From an uncultured Holophaga sp. (GTDB taxonomy: Bacteria > Acidobacteriota > Holophagae > Holophagales > Holophagaceae), in assembly GCA_963664825.1 (NCBI GenBank), contig OY761614.1:2240001-2304000 (forward strand): DNA of 64,000 nucleotides, given 5' to 3'. Every line of letters starts with the position of its first letter. Within the stretch, counting starts at the first letter, position 1. Under the pieces are notes generated by a model. The model was not told the origin of the DNA. It saw only the letters and a program-made list of their open reading frames with translations, and searched no databases. Positions 40,097-49,484 of the stretch are shown here, in pieces. The position numbers were made by a program, and so were the translations under genes.

Positions 40097-41331
40097 CGCT
40101 TGCCCTTTTTGGCCCCCTCCGCCTTCGGCAGAGTCACCTTGGCGCCGGGGCGAAGTTTCTCGAGGCCATCGGTGGCCACGATCTCTCCTGGGGTGATGCC
40201 GCTGCGAATGGCTGTGCTATCGCCATCCGTGGCCTGCACTTCCACGAGACGCATCTCCACGGTGCCATCGGCCTTCACCACGTAGGCGAAGGTGCCCTGG
40301 GGGCTCTGCTGGATGGCCGCGGTGGGGATGATCGTCACGCCCACCAGGGTGTCCACCCGCAGCCGCGCATTGACGAACTGATTGGGGAAGAGGGCGCCGT
40401 TTTCGTTGGAGAAGAGGGCCTTGAGGCGGACGGTGCCCGTGGAGGCATCCACCTGGTTATCGATGGCCTGCATGGAGCCCGCCGCCAGGCGCGTCTTCAT
40501 GTCCCGGTCGAAGGCCTCTACGGAGAGCGGCTTACCCTTTAGGCTCCGGGAGAGGACCTTCTGGATACTATCGGCGGGGATTGTGAAGACGACATTGATG
40601 GGCTGGACCGGGGCGATGACGGCGAGCCCCGTGGCGTCGCTGGCGTGCACCATGTTGCCCAGGTCCACCAGCCGGAGTCCCACCTTGCCGGCGATGGGGG
40701 CCGTGATGTGGCTGTAGGTGAGATTGAGCTTGGCGCTCTCCACCGAGGCCCGGTCGGCCTTGATAGTGGCCTCGGATTGGTTGACGGCGGTGATCTGGGC
40801 ATCCAGTTGTTGTTTGGAGAGGATGCCCTGCTGGGCGAGGCTCTTGAAGCGCTCGAGATCCATGGCCGCGTTCTTCAGGGTCGCCTGGTCCTTGGCCATC
40901 TGGCCTTCGGCCTGCATGAGCTGGACTTTGAAGGGGCGGGGGTCGATCTCGACCAGGAGCTCACCTTGGCGCACGAACTGGCCTTCCTGGAAGGCGATGC
41001 GGATGATCTGGCCATCCACGCGGCTCTTCACGGTCACGGTATTGAGGGCCGTCACCGTGCCGAGTCCCGTGAGCGTGACGGGCATATCGCCCTTCTGCGC
41101 CGTGGCGGCCACGATGGGGATGGCCCGGGCCGAGGGGTCCGGCCCCTTGGGGGCGCGGTTGGTCAGGGCACGAAACGTGAAATAACCGATCACCAGCAGG
41201 GCCGCTCCCGCCCAGATCCATCCGAAACGCCTGGGTTTGGGCTCCTGTTCCCTTTCCAGGATCGGATTCAAGGTTTCGGGGGCGTCGCTATCTGATGTCA
41301 TGGGGGTTCCCTGATGCGGTTTCGCGTTCAA
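40093..41331 (-). CDS. mdtA: RND periplasmic adaptor, MdtA-like
   Basis: TM anchor; [30 protein letters not shown] and LFPNQFVN; start either TTG 41331 or ATG 41301. Confidence 0.9.
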   Translation of the reverse strand: MNAKPHQGTPMTSDSDAPETLNPILEREQEPKPRRFGWIWAGAALLVIGYFTFRALTNRAPKGPDPSARAIPIVAATAQKGDMPVTLTGLGTVTALNTVTVKSRVDGQIIRIAFQEGQFVRQGELLVEIDPRPFKVQLMQAEGQMAKDQATLKNAAMDLERFKSLAQQGILSKQQLDAQITAVNQSEATIKADRASVESAKLNLTYSHITAPIAGKVGLRLVDLGNMVHASDATGLAVIAPVQPINVVFTIPADSIQKVLSRSLKGKPLSVEAFDRDMKTRLAAGSMQAIDNQVDASTGTVRLKALFSNENGALFPNQFVNARLRVDTLVGVTIIPTAAIQQSPQGTFAYVVKADGTVEMRLVEVQATDGDSTAIRSGITPGEIVATDGLEKLRPGAKVTLPKAEGAKKGKR

Positions 41332-41432
41332 AAGAACAGATCCACCAGTGGAGAGGGAGTCGCCACGTGGATGGCGCCACCTGCCAGGAGGGTGCCTACT
41401 GCTCCGAGTCCGATCCCGAGATTGTGTTTCAT
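41328..41432 (-). CDS. Putative 34-aa hydrophobic small protein
   Basis: [40 protein letters not shown] 5 nt upstream; stop overlaps the possible mdtA TTG start. Confidence 0.35.
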   Translation of the reverse strand: MKHNLGIGLGAVGTLLAGGAIHVATPSPLVDLFF

Positions 41433-41702
41433 GGCCACACCTCAGCGTCCAAAGAACCAGCGTAGGACTCTACCTTGCCATACGATGGAGTTGGAGACCA
41501 CAGGCCATGGGAGCCGAGCCTCGAACTGCGGAATTCAGGGGATGAACGGCAAAGAGCCCAGGAAGGATGCGCCACCCTGCGCTCCACTGGGTTTACATGG
41601 CCTCCCTGGTGCCGCAGCCATGCCTCCTCAACACAAAAGCACCCCGCGCACGCGGCTGGGGATTTCATCTTGAATGCATCCAGGTGTGGTGGTTTCCGGG
41701 GG

Positions 41703-42209
41703 TCAATCGGGTTCGAAATCCAGATGCCGAGAGCTGCTCTTCCGGGGGGGGAGTCCGGCATTCATGCCCGAAAGGTTATGCAGGAGTTTCCCGAGAACTT
41801 GGCGGAAGACATCCTTCTCCTCGGTATCGAGGTCCTGCTCCATCCGCTGCCGGAAGGTCTCGGCGGCCATAAACAGGGTTTCGGAGAAGGCGAGGCCCTC
41901 GGCGCAGATGCCCACCCGGATGCGCCGCCCGTGGGTGGGGTCCGGCTGGATCTCCAGGATATGCCGCAGCTCCAGGCTATGGACCAGGCGAGAGGTGGTG
42001 GGGTGATCAAGCCACATCCGGCGGGCGAGTTCCGTGAGGGAGAGGGGACCGGTCTTCCGGATCAGCAGGACCATCCAGGTCTGATGGGGCGTCAGATCCA
42101 GGGGCTCGAGGAGGGGAGCGATGGCGTGTTTGACGGCCCTCCGAGCCGCGCTCACCAGCATGCTGAGTTCGGATTCTGCGAAGCCGGGGAGCGTTTCGGA
42201 ATCTCTCAT
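41703..42209 (-). CDS. MarR family regulator
   Basis: LTPHQ, LSLTELA..LDHPTTSRLV..LE and DPTHGRR; upstream of mdtABC. Confidence 0.9.
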   Translation of the reverse strand: MRDSETLPGFAESELSMLVSAARRAVKHAIAPLLEPLDLTPHQTWMVLLIRKTGPLSLTELARRMWLDHPTTSRLVHSLELRHILEIQPDPTHGRRIRVGICAEGLAFSETLFMAAETFRQRMEQDLDTEEKDVFRQVLGKLLHNLSGMNAGLPPRKSSSRHLDFEPD

Positions 42210-42258
42210 GGCACCCATCTTAACCTTAGGAAGCCTCGTGATGCGGGGCAAATGAGGT

Positions 42259-43503
42259 TCAGGCTCGCAGCCGGGCGGGCACCTCCTCCAGGGGCCATTC
42301 CTCCTGTGTGCCCGTTTGAAGGTTTTTTGCGGCCACGATGCCCTTCTCCAGTTCTCCGTCTCCCAGGATCAAGGCGAAGCGCACGCCCTGGCGGTTGGCC
42401 GAGGTGAGGGCCTTCTTGAGATTGACGCCTCGGGTCTCCAACTGGATGGCCAGACCCTGGTCCCACCAGGACCGGGCCAGGGCCAGGGCCTTGAGGGAGG
42501 CCGTCTCGCCCAGGGGGATGAACAGGGCGGGGCAATCCTGGGGCGCGTCCCCGTGGAGCTGTTGCATGAGCATGGTCAGGCGGTCCAGGCCGATGGCCCA
42601 CCCGAAGGCGGGCACCTCGGGGCCGCCCAGGTGCTTCACCAGCCCGTCGTAGCGCCCCCCACCCAGCAGCGCCGACTGGGCTCCCAGATCGCTGGAGAGC
42701 ACTTCGAAGGCCGTGCGGGTGTAGTAGTCCAGCCCCCGCACCAGCCTGGGGTTCTCCTGGAAGGGCACATCCAGGGCCTCGAGGAGTTCCTTGAGGCGCG
42801 CGTGATGGTGTTTGGAGGCCTCATCCAGGAAATCCGTGATGATGGGGTGGCCTTCCAGGGCCTCCTGGCATCCGGGCACCTTGCAGTCCAGGACCCGCAA
42901 GGGGTTGGTCTCGATGCGCCGGTGGCAGTCCTCGCAGAAGCGCTCCTGGCGGGCCTGGAAGAAGGAACGGATGGCTTCATGGAAGGCCGGGCGGCACTGG
43001 GGTGTGCCCACGGAATTGATGGAGAGGCTCAGATGTTGGAGCCCCAGTTCCCGCAGGAAGGCAAAGAGCATCATCAGGCTCTCGGCCTCACTCTCGGGGC
43101 TGGCTACGCCGAAGCTCTCGGCGCCTATTTGCCAGAATTGCCGGTAGCGCCCGGCCTGCATGCGCTCGTAGCGGAACATCGGGCCGATGTAGTAGAGGAG
43201 CCGGGGGTCGCTATTGACCAGGAGCTTGTGCTGGATCATGGCCCGCACAACACCGGCCGTATTCTCCGGGCGCATCACCACGTGGCGGCCGCCCTTGTCG
43301 GTGAACTCGTACATCTCCTTGTTCACGATGTCCGAGCTCTCCCCCACGCTGCGCTTGAAGACCTCCAACTCTTCCAGGATGGGTGTGCGGATCTCCTCAT
43401 AGCCATGGCGCGAGAAGACGCGCCTCGCGGTATCCTCGATCCGCTGGAACCACCTCACCTCGTTGCCGAAAAGGTCTCGCGTGCCTTTGACTGCCTGTGC
43501 CAT
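42259..43503 (-). CDS. hisS: Histidine--tRNA ligase
   Basis: KGTRD, RPENTA, MFRYER.QAGRYRQF, LVRGLDYY and GGGRYDGL. Confidence 0.98.
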   Translation of the reverse strand: MAQAVKGTRDLFGNEVRWFQRIEDTARRVFSRHGYEEIRTPILEELEVFKRSVGESSDIVNKEMYEFTDKGGRHVVMRPENTAGVVRAMIQHKLLVNSDPRLLYYIGPMFRYERMQAGRYRQFWQIGAESFGVASPESEAESLMMLFAFLRELGLQHLSLSINSVGTPQCRPAFHEAIRSFFQARQERFCEDCHRRIETNPLRVLDCKVPGCQEALEGHPIITDFLDEASKHHHARLKELLEALDVPFQENPRLVRGLDYYTRTAFEVLSSDLGAQSALLGGGRYDGLVKHLGGPEVPAFGWAIGLDRLTMLMQQLHGDAPQDCPALFIPLGETASLKALALARSWWDQGLAIQLETRGVNLKKALTSANRQGVRFALILGDGELEKGIVAAKNLQTGTQEEWPLEEVPARLRA

Positions 43504-44296
43504 CTCGAAACTCCCGAGGATCGTCCTCGTCCTCCTCTTCAGCCTACTGGCTTGGAGCCAAAGCCCAAACCCCGTTGCGCTGAAATCCGCGGCACCTCGC
43601 CTCCGGATCGCCGTGGACCCCGGTCATGGGGGGGAGGACCAGGGCGCCAGGGGCTCCAAGGGGCTGCGGGAGAAGGATGCGGCCCTGGATCTGGCCCGAC
43701 AGCTCAAGATCGCCCTGGAGGAGGCGGGTTTCGAAGCCCTGTTGACCCGGGAGGACGATACCTTCATCCCCCTGTGGGATCGCGCCCGGAAGGCCAACGA
43801 GGCCGGGGCCGATCTCTTCCTCAGCCTCCACCTGAATGCGGCCAGATCAAGGCACGCCAAGGGCTCCGAAGTCTTTTTCCTGAGCCTGGATCAGGGGGAT
43901 AGCGATGCGGCGGAGGTGGCGGCCCAGGAAAATGCGGGCGCCGGGGATAGGCCCGTGCAGGACACGGTCCTGGCCAGCATCCTGGAGGATCTGGCCCAGA
44001 AGGCCTATCTACAGGAATCCGAGCGCCTGGCCGTCCATATCCAGACCCAGCTCAATCATCTGGGGGGCATCAAGGAGCGGGGCGTCAAGCAGGCCCCCTT
44101 CGTGGTGCTGCGCGGTGCGGCCATGCCCGCCGTGCTGGTGGAGGCCGCCTTCATCTCCAATCCCAAGGAGGAACTCAGGCTTCGGGATGGGGCCTATCAT
44201 CGGAAGGTGGCCGAATGCATCGTCCAGGGTGTACGTCGATTTTTTGCAGCAGGCAGTAGCACCCCCCGGCGCAGGGCCGCGGACCAGGGGTGGTGA
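43463..44296 (+). CDS. N-acetylmuramoyl-L-alanine amidase (Amidase_3)
   Basis: DPGHGG.D.GA, EK, FLSLHLNA and PAVLVEAAFISN; signal peptide; start uncertain (43463, 43481 or 43487). Confidence 0.9.
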   Translation: MPKRSRVPLTACAISKLPRIVLVLLFSLLAWSQSPNPVALKSAAPRLRIAVDPGHGGEDQGARGSKGLREKDAALDLARQLKIALEEAGFEALLTREDDTFIPLWDRARKANEAGADLFLSLHLNAARSRHAKGSEVFFLSLDQGDSDAAEVAAQENAGAGDRPVQDTVLASILEDLAQKAYLQESERLAVHIQTQLNHLGGIKERGVKQAPFVVLRGAAMPAVLVEAAFISNPKEELRLRDGAYHRKVAECIVQGVRRFFAAGSSTPRRRAADQGW

Positions 44297-44358
44297 CCTG
44301 GATTATGCTTTTCTGGCACTCTGACCGATAGGAACTCTACCCGCTTGACTGGAGCTTG

Positions 44359-45777
44359 ATGGACCCCCACCGCATCCTCATCGTTGATGATGAACAAGAC
44401 TTCAGGACCCTCCTGGTGGAGGCGCTGGAGTCCATGGGCTATTCCACCATGGGTGCCGAGAGCGCCGAGGCGGCTCTGGAGCTCGTGCGTCAGCACCACT
44501 TCGCGGTCATATTCACGGACCTCAATATGCCCGGGGGCCAATCGGGCCTCGAACTGCTCAAGGCCATCCAGGAGTGCGACCCCAAGACCTTCACCATCCT
44601 GATGACGGGGTACGCCACCACCGAGGCGGCCGTCCAGGCTCTCAAGCGCGGTGCCTACGATTTCATCCAGAAGCCCTTCAAGCTCGCCGAGTTGGAGGCC
44701 AGCCTCGTGCGGGCCCTGGGGCACTACCGCACCCTCCGGGAGAACGAGGCCTACCAGACCCGCCTCGAAGAGATGGTCATGGAGCGTACCCAGGAGATCC
44801 TGGGGCTCAAGGAGGAGATCGAGAAGCTCTTCGAAGGCTTCGTGCAGGCCTCCGTAACTGCCATTGAGGCCCGGGACCCCAGCACCAGCGGCCATAGCAG
44901 CCGCGTGGCGGACCTGACGGTGGGGCTGGCCGAGGTGGTGAACCGCACCCCCAGCGGGGTCTACGGTTCCATCCGCTTCAACGATCAGCAACTCAAGGAA
45001 ATTCGCTACGCCAGTCTCCTGCATGATTTCGGCAAGGTCGGCGTGCGGGAGCAGGTGCTGGTCAAGGCCAAGAAACTGCATCCCGAGCGGTTGGAACGGA
45101 TCTTCCAGCGCCTCTATCAGCGGGATCTGGAGATCTCCCTGGCGATGCTGGAAAGGGCCTGGAAGGAGGGGGCCGCCCCTGACGAGCGGAGCTTCCAGCG
45201 GATGCTCGAGGCCCGGCGGGTGGAGAGTCGGCGCTTGGTGGATCTGATCGCCCGTTGCAACGAGCCCCAGGTCCTGCCCCGGGAGGTGGCCGACCGCATG
45301 GACGAACTGGAGGTCCTGGAATTCACCCACCACGAGGGTCAATCGGAACGCATCCTGGAGCCCTCGGACCTGAAGGCGCTGCGCATCCCCAAGGGCAGCC
45401 TCTCGCCGGAGGAACGCGACGAGATCAATAGCCACGTCACCCATACCTTCCGGTTCCTCAGTCAGATCCCCTGGACTTCGGGACTGGCGGACCTGCCGGA
45501 GATCGCTTACGACCACCACGAGCGTCTCAACGGCATGGGCTACCCCCGGGGACTCCAGTCCGCCCAGATCCCCGTCCAGAGCAAACTCATGGCCGTGGCC
45601 GATGTGTATGATGCCCTGGTGGCGGCGGATCGTCCTTACAAAGCCGCGGTCTCGGTGCCTCGGAGCCTGGAGATCCTGGAAGACGAGACTCGGGCCGGCC
45701 TGCTGGATGCCGAGGTGTTCCGCCTCTTCACGGAGGCCAAGGTCTTCGAACTCACCCTCCACCGGATTCGGGGCTGA
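44359..45777 (+). CDS. Response regulator with HD-GYP phosphodiesterase domain
   Basis: Receiver ILIVDD..TDLNMP..KPF; GHSSRV, LHDFGK, HHERLNGMGYP and ADVYDAL..RPYK. Confidence 0.92.
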   Translation: MDPHRILIVDDEQDFRTLLVEALESMGYSTMGAESAEAALELVRQHHFAVIFTDLNMPGGQSGLELLKAIQECDPKTFTILMTGYATTEAAVQALKRGAYDFIQKPFKLAELEASLVRALGHYRTLRENEAYQTRLEEMVMERTQEILGLKEEIEKLFEGFVQASVTAIEARDPSTSGHSSRVADLTVGLAEVVNRTPSGVYGSIRFNDQQLKEIRYASLLHDFGKVGVREQVLVKAKKLHPERLERIFQRLYQRDLEISLAMLERAWKEGAAPDERSFQRMLEARRVESRRLVDLIARCNEPQVLPREVADRMDELEVLEFTHHEGQSERILEPSDLKALRIPKGSLSPEERDEINSHVTHTFRFLSQIPWTSGLADLPEIAYDHHERLNGMGYPRGLQSAQIPVQSKLMAVADVYDALVAADRPYKAAVSVPRSLEILEDETRAGLLDAEVFRLFTEAKVFELTLHRIRG

Positions 45778-45779
45778 AC

Positions 45780-46736
45780 ATGCTGCCTGAATCCGTGCTC
45801 CTGGTTGATGACGAAGTTGAACTCCGGACTTCGTTGCGGGAGGCCCTCGAGGCTGATGGCTATCAGGTGGACGATGCCGATAGCGCGCCTTCAGCCCTGG
45901 CCAAGATACGTCAGCGACACTACTCGGTCATCATCACGGACCTGAAGATGCCCGGAGGGCTCTCCGGGCTCGATCTCATCGCGGCGGTGAAGGCCCGGGA
46001 TCCCAAGACCCTCTGCATCATCGTCACGGGCTTTGCCACCTTGAAGGACTCCATCGAGGCCCTCAAGCGCGGCGCCTACGATTTCCTCCAGAAGCCCTTC
46101 AAGTTGGAGGAACTGGAGGCCGTATTGGATCGCGCCCTGGACCATGCCCGGCTCCAGGCCCAGGTGGATGCCTATCAGCGGGATCTGGAGACCCGGGTCC
46201 TGGCGCGGGTGGGGGCGCTGAAGGCCTTTCATGGTGAGGCGCTGCGCCTCAATGCGCTGTTGCGCGAGGCCCTCAATGAGAGCGAAGAGAGGCCCATGCT
46301 GAGGCCCTTCCTCGAATACCTGAAGGAGCGCTTCGGCCCGGATGGCTGGGCCCTGCTGCTGCAGGGGGAGGGCGGGACCTGGAACCTGCTGGAATGCCGC
46401 GGAGATTGTCCGGATTCAGGCTTTGAAGGCCTGCTCAATTCCGAAGATCTCACCGAAATCCGCGAATGGGGCTGGGGGGGCGGTTATCCGGACGGCTATC
46501 TGGTGCCTCTCCGCCAGGGCGCCCACACCCTGGCGGTGCTCTACCTGGGCTTCCGGGCGCGGTCCACCTTCCAGCCGGAGGACCCGGCCTTCGAACTCTG
46601 GCGCAGCCAGGTGGTGGCGGCCCTCCAGGCGCTCCAACGGGCCCGCGCCTGGGCGGGTGGATCTTCCGGTGCGAACCCCATTGCCAAAGCTGAAAACGCA
46701 CCACGGAGACACGAAGGGAACGGGAACCATTCATGA
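45780..46736 (+). CDS. Response regulator receiver protein with unassigned (GAF-like) C-terminus
   Basis: LLVDDE, TDLKMP and GAYDFLQKPF; receiver closely similar to that of the upstream gene. Confidence 0.85.
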   Translation: MLPESVLLVDDEVELRTSLREALEADGYQVDDADSAPSALAKIRQRHYSVIITDLKMPGGLSGLDLIAAVKARDPKTLCIIVTGFATLKDSIEALKRGAYDFLQKPFKLEELEAVLDRALDHARLQAQVDAYQRDLETRVLARVGALKAFHGEALRLNALLREALNESEERPMLRPFLEYLKERFGPDGWALLLQGEGGTWNLLECRGDCPDSGFEGLLNSEDLTEIREWGWGGGYPDGYLVPLRQGAHTLAVLYLGFRARSTFQPEDPAFELWRSQVVAALQALQRARAWAGGSSGANPIAKAENAPRRHEGNGNHS

Positions 46737-47746
46737 CGCGAAATGCCGCTTTCGATATCCTCTGGACCGGTTTCGAGGGCCTCGAGGCCCAGGATGTGAA
46801 GGGGCCACAGCCGGGAGCCGTGATTCTCTTCGCCCGGAACCTGGACCCGGATCCTGTCACGGGTCCTGAACGCTGCCACGGCCTCATCGCTGGCCTCCAG
46901 TCCCGGTGGGGGGCCGAGCTGCCCCTGGCGGTGGCCCTGGACCAGGAGGGCGGGGCGGTCTCTCGGCTCAAGGGATGGGTGGGATCGACGCCGGATTTCC
47001 ATCGAATCTGGGAGCGGGGCGGCGGGGCCGCGTGCGCCCGTTGGGGTGGGCTCTGGGGTCGGGGCCTCCGGCTCCTGGGCTTCAGCGTGGATTTGGCGCC
47101 CGTGGCCGACCTCTGGGACGGAGTATTGGGGGATCGCTGCGCCAGCGCCGAACCTCTCGCCGTGGCCGAGGCGGCGGGTTCCTTCCTTAATGGGCTCGAG
47201 GCCACGGGTGTGCGGGGCTGCCTGAAACATTTCCCCGGCCTGGGCGGAACCCGGGTGGATAGTCATCAGGCCCTGCCGGAGCTGCGGGACATGGCCCAGA
47301 TTGACCGGAATCTCCAGCCCTTTCGGGCCCTCAGCCACCGGGAACGGCTCGTGATGGTGGCCCATCTCAAGACGCCCGGCACCTGTGGCCTGCCGGCGAG
47401 CCTGCATCGGGGTTCGGTGGCGAGCAATCCCTGGAGCATCCGGGGGCGCTGGATCCCCGATGACCTGGAAATGGGCGGCTGTCGGGATTGGGCTTGGGAG
47501 GATCGGGTCCGGCTCTGTCTGGAGGCCGGCCACGAAGCGCTCCTGGTGTGTCAGACGGAAGAGGGCATGGGTGCCTGCGCCGAGGCTCTGGCCTCGCTGC
47601 CGGAAAAATGCTGGGCCCAGGCCCGGGAGCGCTTCCTGACATTGCGGAGGAATCTGTTGCCCCCGCCCACGGGAGCCTTCGATCGCCTGGCCTGGGAGGC
47701 CTGGCTCGCCGAGGTCCGGCTGGAGGCTGCTGTCTTCGCAGGCTAG
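46733..47746 (+). CDS. nagZ: GH3 beta-N-acetylhexosaminidase, NagZ-like
   Basis: VILFARN, LDQEGG.VSRL, KHFPGLG...DSH and DDLEMG. Confidence 0.8.
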   Translation: MTRNAAFDILWTGFEGLEAQDVKGPQPGAVILFARNLDPDPVTGPERCHGLIAGLQSRWGAELPLAVALDQEGGAVSRLKGWVGSTPDFHRIWERGGGAACARWGGLWGRGLRLLGFSVDLAPVADLWDGVLGDRCASAEPLAVAEAAGSFLNGLEATGVRGCLKHFPGLGGTRVDSHQALPELRDMAQIDRNLQPFRALSHRERLVMVAHLKTPGTCGLPASLHRGSVASNPWSIRGRWIPDDLEMGGCRDWAWEDRVRLCLEAGHEALLVCQTEEGMGACAEALASLPEKCWAQARERFLTLRRNLLPPPTGAFDRLAWEAWLAEVRLEAAVFAG

Positions 47747-47785
47747 GCTTCCGCTATTCTGATCTGGAATCCACGAGGAGTAACC

Positions 47786-48382
47786 ATGGTCGCACGCGCC
47801 TACTACCCACCCATCGTCATCGAGGAGACGCCTCGCGGTGAGCGCAGCTACGACATCTATTCCCGCCTGCTCAAGGACAACATCATCTTCCTGGGCACGG
47901 CCATCGACGATACCGTGGCCAACGCCCTCGTGGCCCAGATGCTCTTCCTGGAATCCGAGGACCCGGACAAGGACATCCAGATCTACATCAACAGCCCCGG
48001 CGGCAGCGTGACGGCGGGACTGGCTATCTACGACACCATGCAGTTCGTGAAGAACGATATCGTCACCTACTGCATCGGCCAGGCCGCCAGCATGGGTGCG
48101 GTGTTGCTCTCCGCTGGCACCAAGGGCAAGCGTTTCGCCCTGCCCAATAGCCGCATCATGATCCACCAGCCCTCGGGGGGCGCCCAGGGCCAGGCCACGG
48201 AGATCGAGATCACCTACAAGGAGATCCAGCGTCTCAAGGACATGCTCACGGAGATCATGGCCAAGCATACGGGCCAGCCCCTGAAGAAGCTCCAGAAGGA
48301 CATGGATCGGGACTACTTCATGAGCGGCGCCGAGGCGCTGGAATACGGCCTCATCGACAAGGTCCTGGGCGAACGAGCCTGA
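47786..48382 (+). CDS. clpP: ATP-dependent Clp protease proteolytic subunit
   Basis: [30 protein letters not shown] and DRD; GAGGAG RBS. Confidence 0.97.
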   Translation: MVARAYYPPIVIEETPRGERSYDIYSRLLKDNIIFLGTAIDDTVANALVAQMLFLESEDPDKDIQIYINSPGGSVTAGLAIYDTMQFVKNDIVTYCIGQAASMGAVLLSAGTKGKRFALPNSRIMIHQPSGGAQGQATEIEITYKEIQRLKDMLTEIMAKHTGQPLKKLQKDMDRDYFMSGAEALEYGLIDKVLGERA

Positions 48383-48390
48383 GACTGATC

Positions 48391-48496
48391 CTGTCCGGGG
48401 GACCGGCTACGCCTACACCCCCGGACCCCCGCGCCCTCCCGCGGCGAAGCCTCGGGAGGGCTTGTGCTGTCTGAGTGACCGGCTGCGCCTACACCC
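48391..48496. repeat. 30-bp imperfect direct repeat flanking a GC-rich hairpin
   Basis: 48391-48420 versus 48467-48496 match at 26 of 30 positions; hairpin GCCCTCCCG-C-GGC-GAA-GCC-T-CGGGAGGGC at 48433-48461. Confidence 0.75.
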
Positions 48497-48668
48497 TATG
48501 ATGCTCAGCCTGCCGGGTCTGGGTCGCGAGGCTGCCTTGCAGCCTCGACTTCCCACCCGGCTAGGCTTCGCCCTTTTCGGAAAAACGTGGGAATGTTTTT
48601 TGTTGTCCTATTTGTTTATGAGGAATTTGTGTTTACACTTTGGGGGATCCTGGACAAGGGAGAGGGAC

Positions 48669-49484
48669 GTGTCGCTTCAGGCGCGGGATGAAATCTACAA
48701 TGAGGTGCTGGGCCTCTACATGCGGGGCTACCGCACAGCTTCGGCCATTATTGGCACCTATTATCTTCTGCTGATCCCCATGCATTTCGTGGCCCAGTCC
48801 CCGGGCGTGGGCCGACAGATGATCGTGCCCAACCTCCTCACGGCCGCGGTCTTCCTGGGCAGTTCCCTGGGCATCTACCGGGGGTGGATCCTGCCCCGCC
48901 AGTGGTCGCTGATCGCCATCACCTGCCTCCTGGCTCCCACGGCCAATCATCTCCTCCTGATGGGGCTCACCGGCAGGGTCGAACTCACCAGCGATCTCAT
49001 GCTGATCCTCACCGCCGCCAGCGTTGTGTCGCCCCGTTTGAAGCTGCACCTGATCATCCTGGGCTCCTGTCTCACGAGTTGGATCGTAGGCGTCCTGGTG
49101 GTGCACCCCAATGGCGATCGGCTGCACTGGGGCCTGGGGCTCCTGTCGGCCTCCCTCGTCTCCCTGGCCCTTCACAGCATCGTGAGTCGTCTCGCCTTGA
49201 CGCAGGCGCGGCTTCGGGTGCGGGATGCCCATCTGGCGGAAAACCAGAAGCGCATTACCCAGGAATTGCGGGAGGCCCTGGAGAACGTGCAGATCCTCCG
49301 GGGCCTGATCCCCATGTGCGGTCACTGCAAGAAGATTCGCGACGACAGCGGATATTGGACCCAGGTGGAGAACTATATCGAAGCCCGCTCCGAAGCCGAA
49401 TTCACCCACGGGATCTGCCCTGAGTGTGCGCACCAGCTCAAACGTGAATTCGAGGAACTCCTGCCCAAGACCGACGAGGGATGA
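48669..49484 (+). CDS. Multi-TM membrane protein with C-terminal Cys/His (putative zinc-binding) domain
   Basis: About six hydrophobic segments; coiled coil; LIPMCGHCKKIRDD..W..HGICPEC; GTG start assumed. Confidence 0.75.
   Translation: MSLQARDEIYNEVLGLYMRGYRTASAIIGTYYLLLIPMHFVAQSPGVGRQMIVPNLLTAAVFLGSSLGIYRGWILPRQWSLIAITCLLAPTANHLLLMGLTGRVELTSDLMLILTAASVVSPRLKLHLIILGSCLTSWIVGVLVVHPNGDRLHWGLGLLSASLVSLALHSIVSRLALTQARLRVRDAHLAENQKRITQELREALENVQILRGLIPMCGHCKKIRDDSGYWTQVENYIEARSEAEFTHGICPECAHQLKREFEELLPKTDEG

Noticed and set aside
41429..41761. 110-aa ORF or riboswitch in the marR-mdtA spacer
   Set aside because: No recognisable protein or RNA family motif by eye; an Rfam/Infernal search would be needed.
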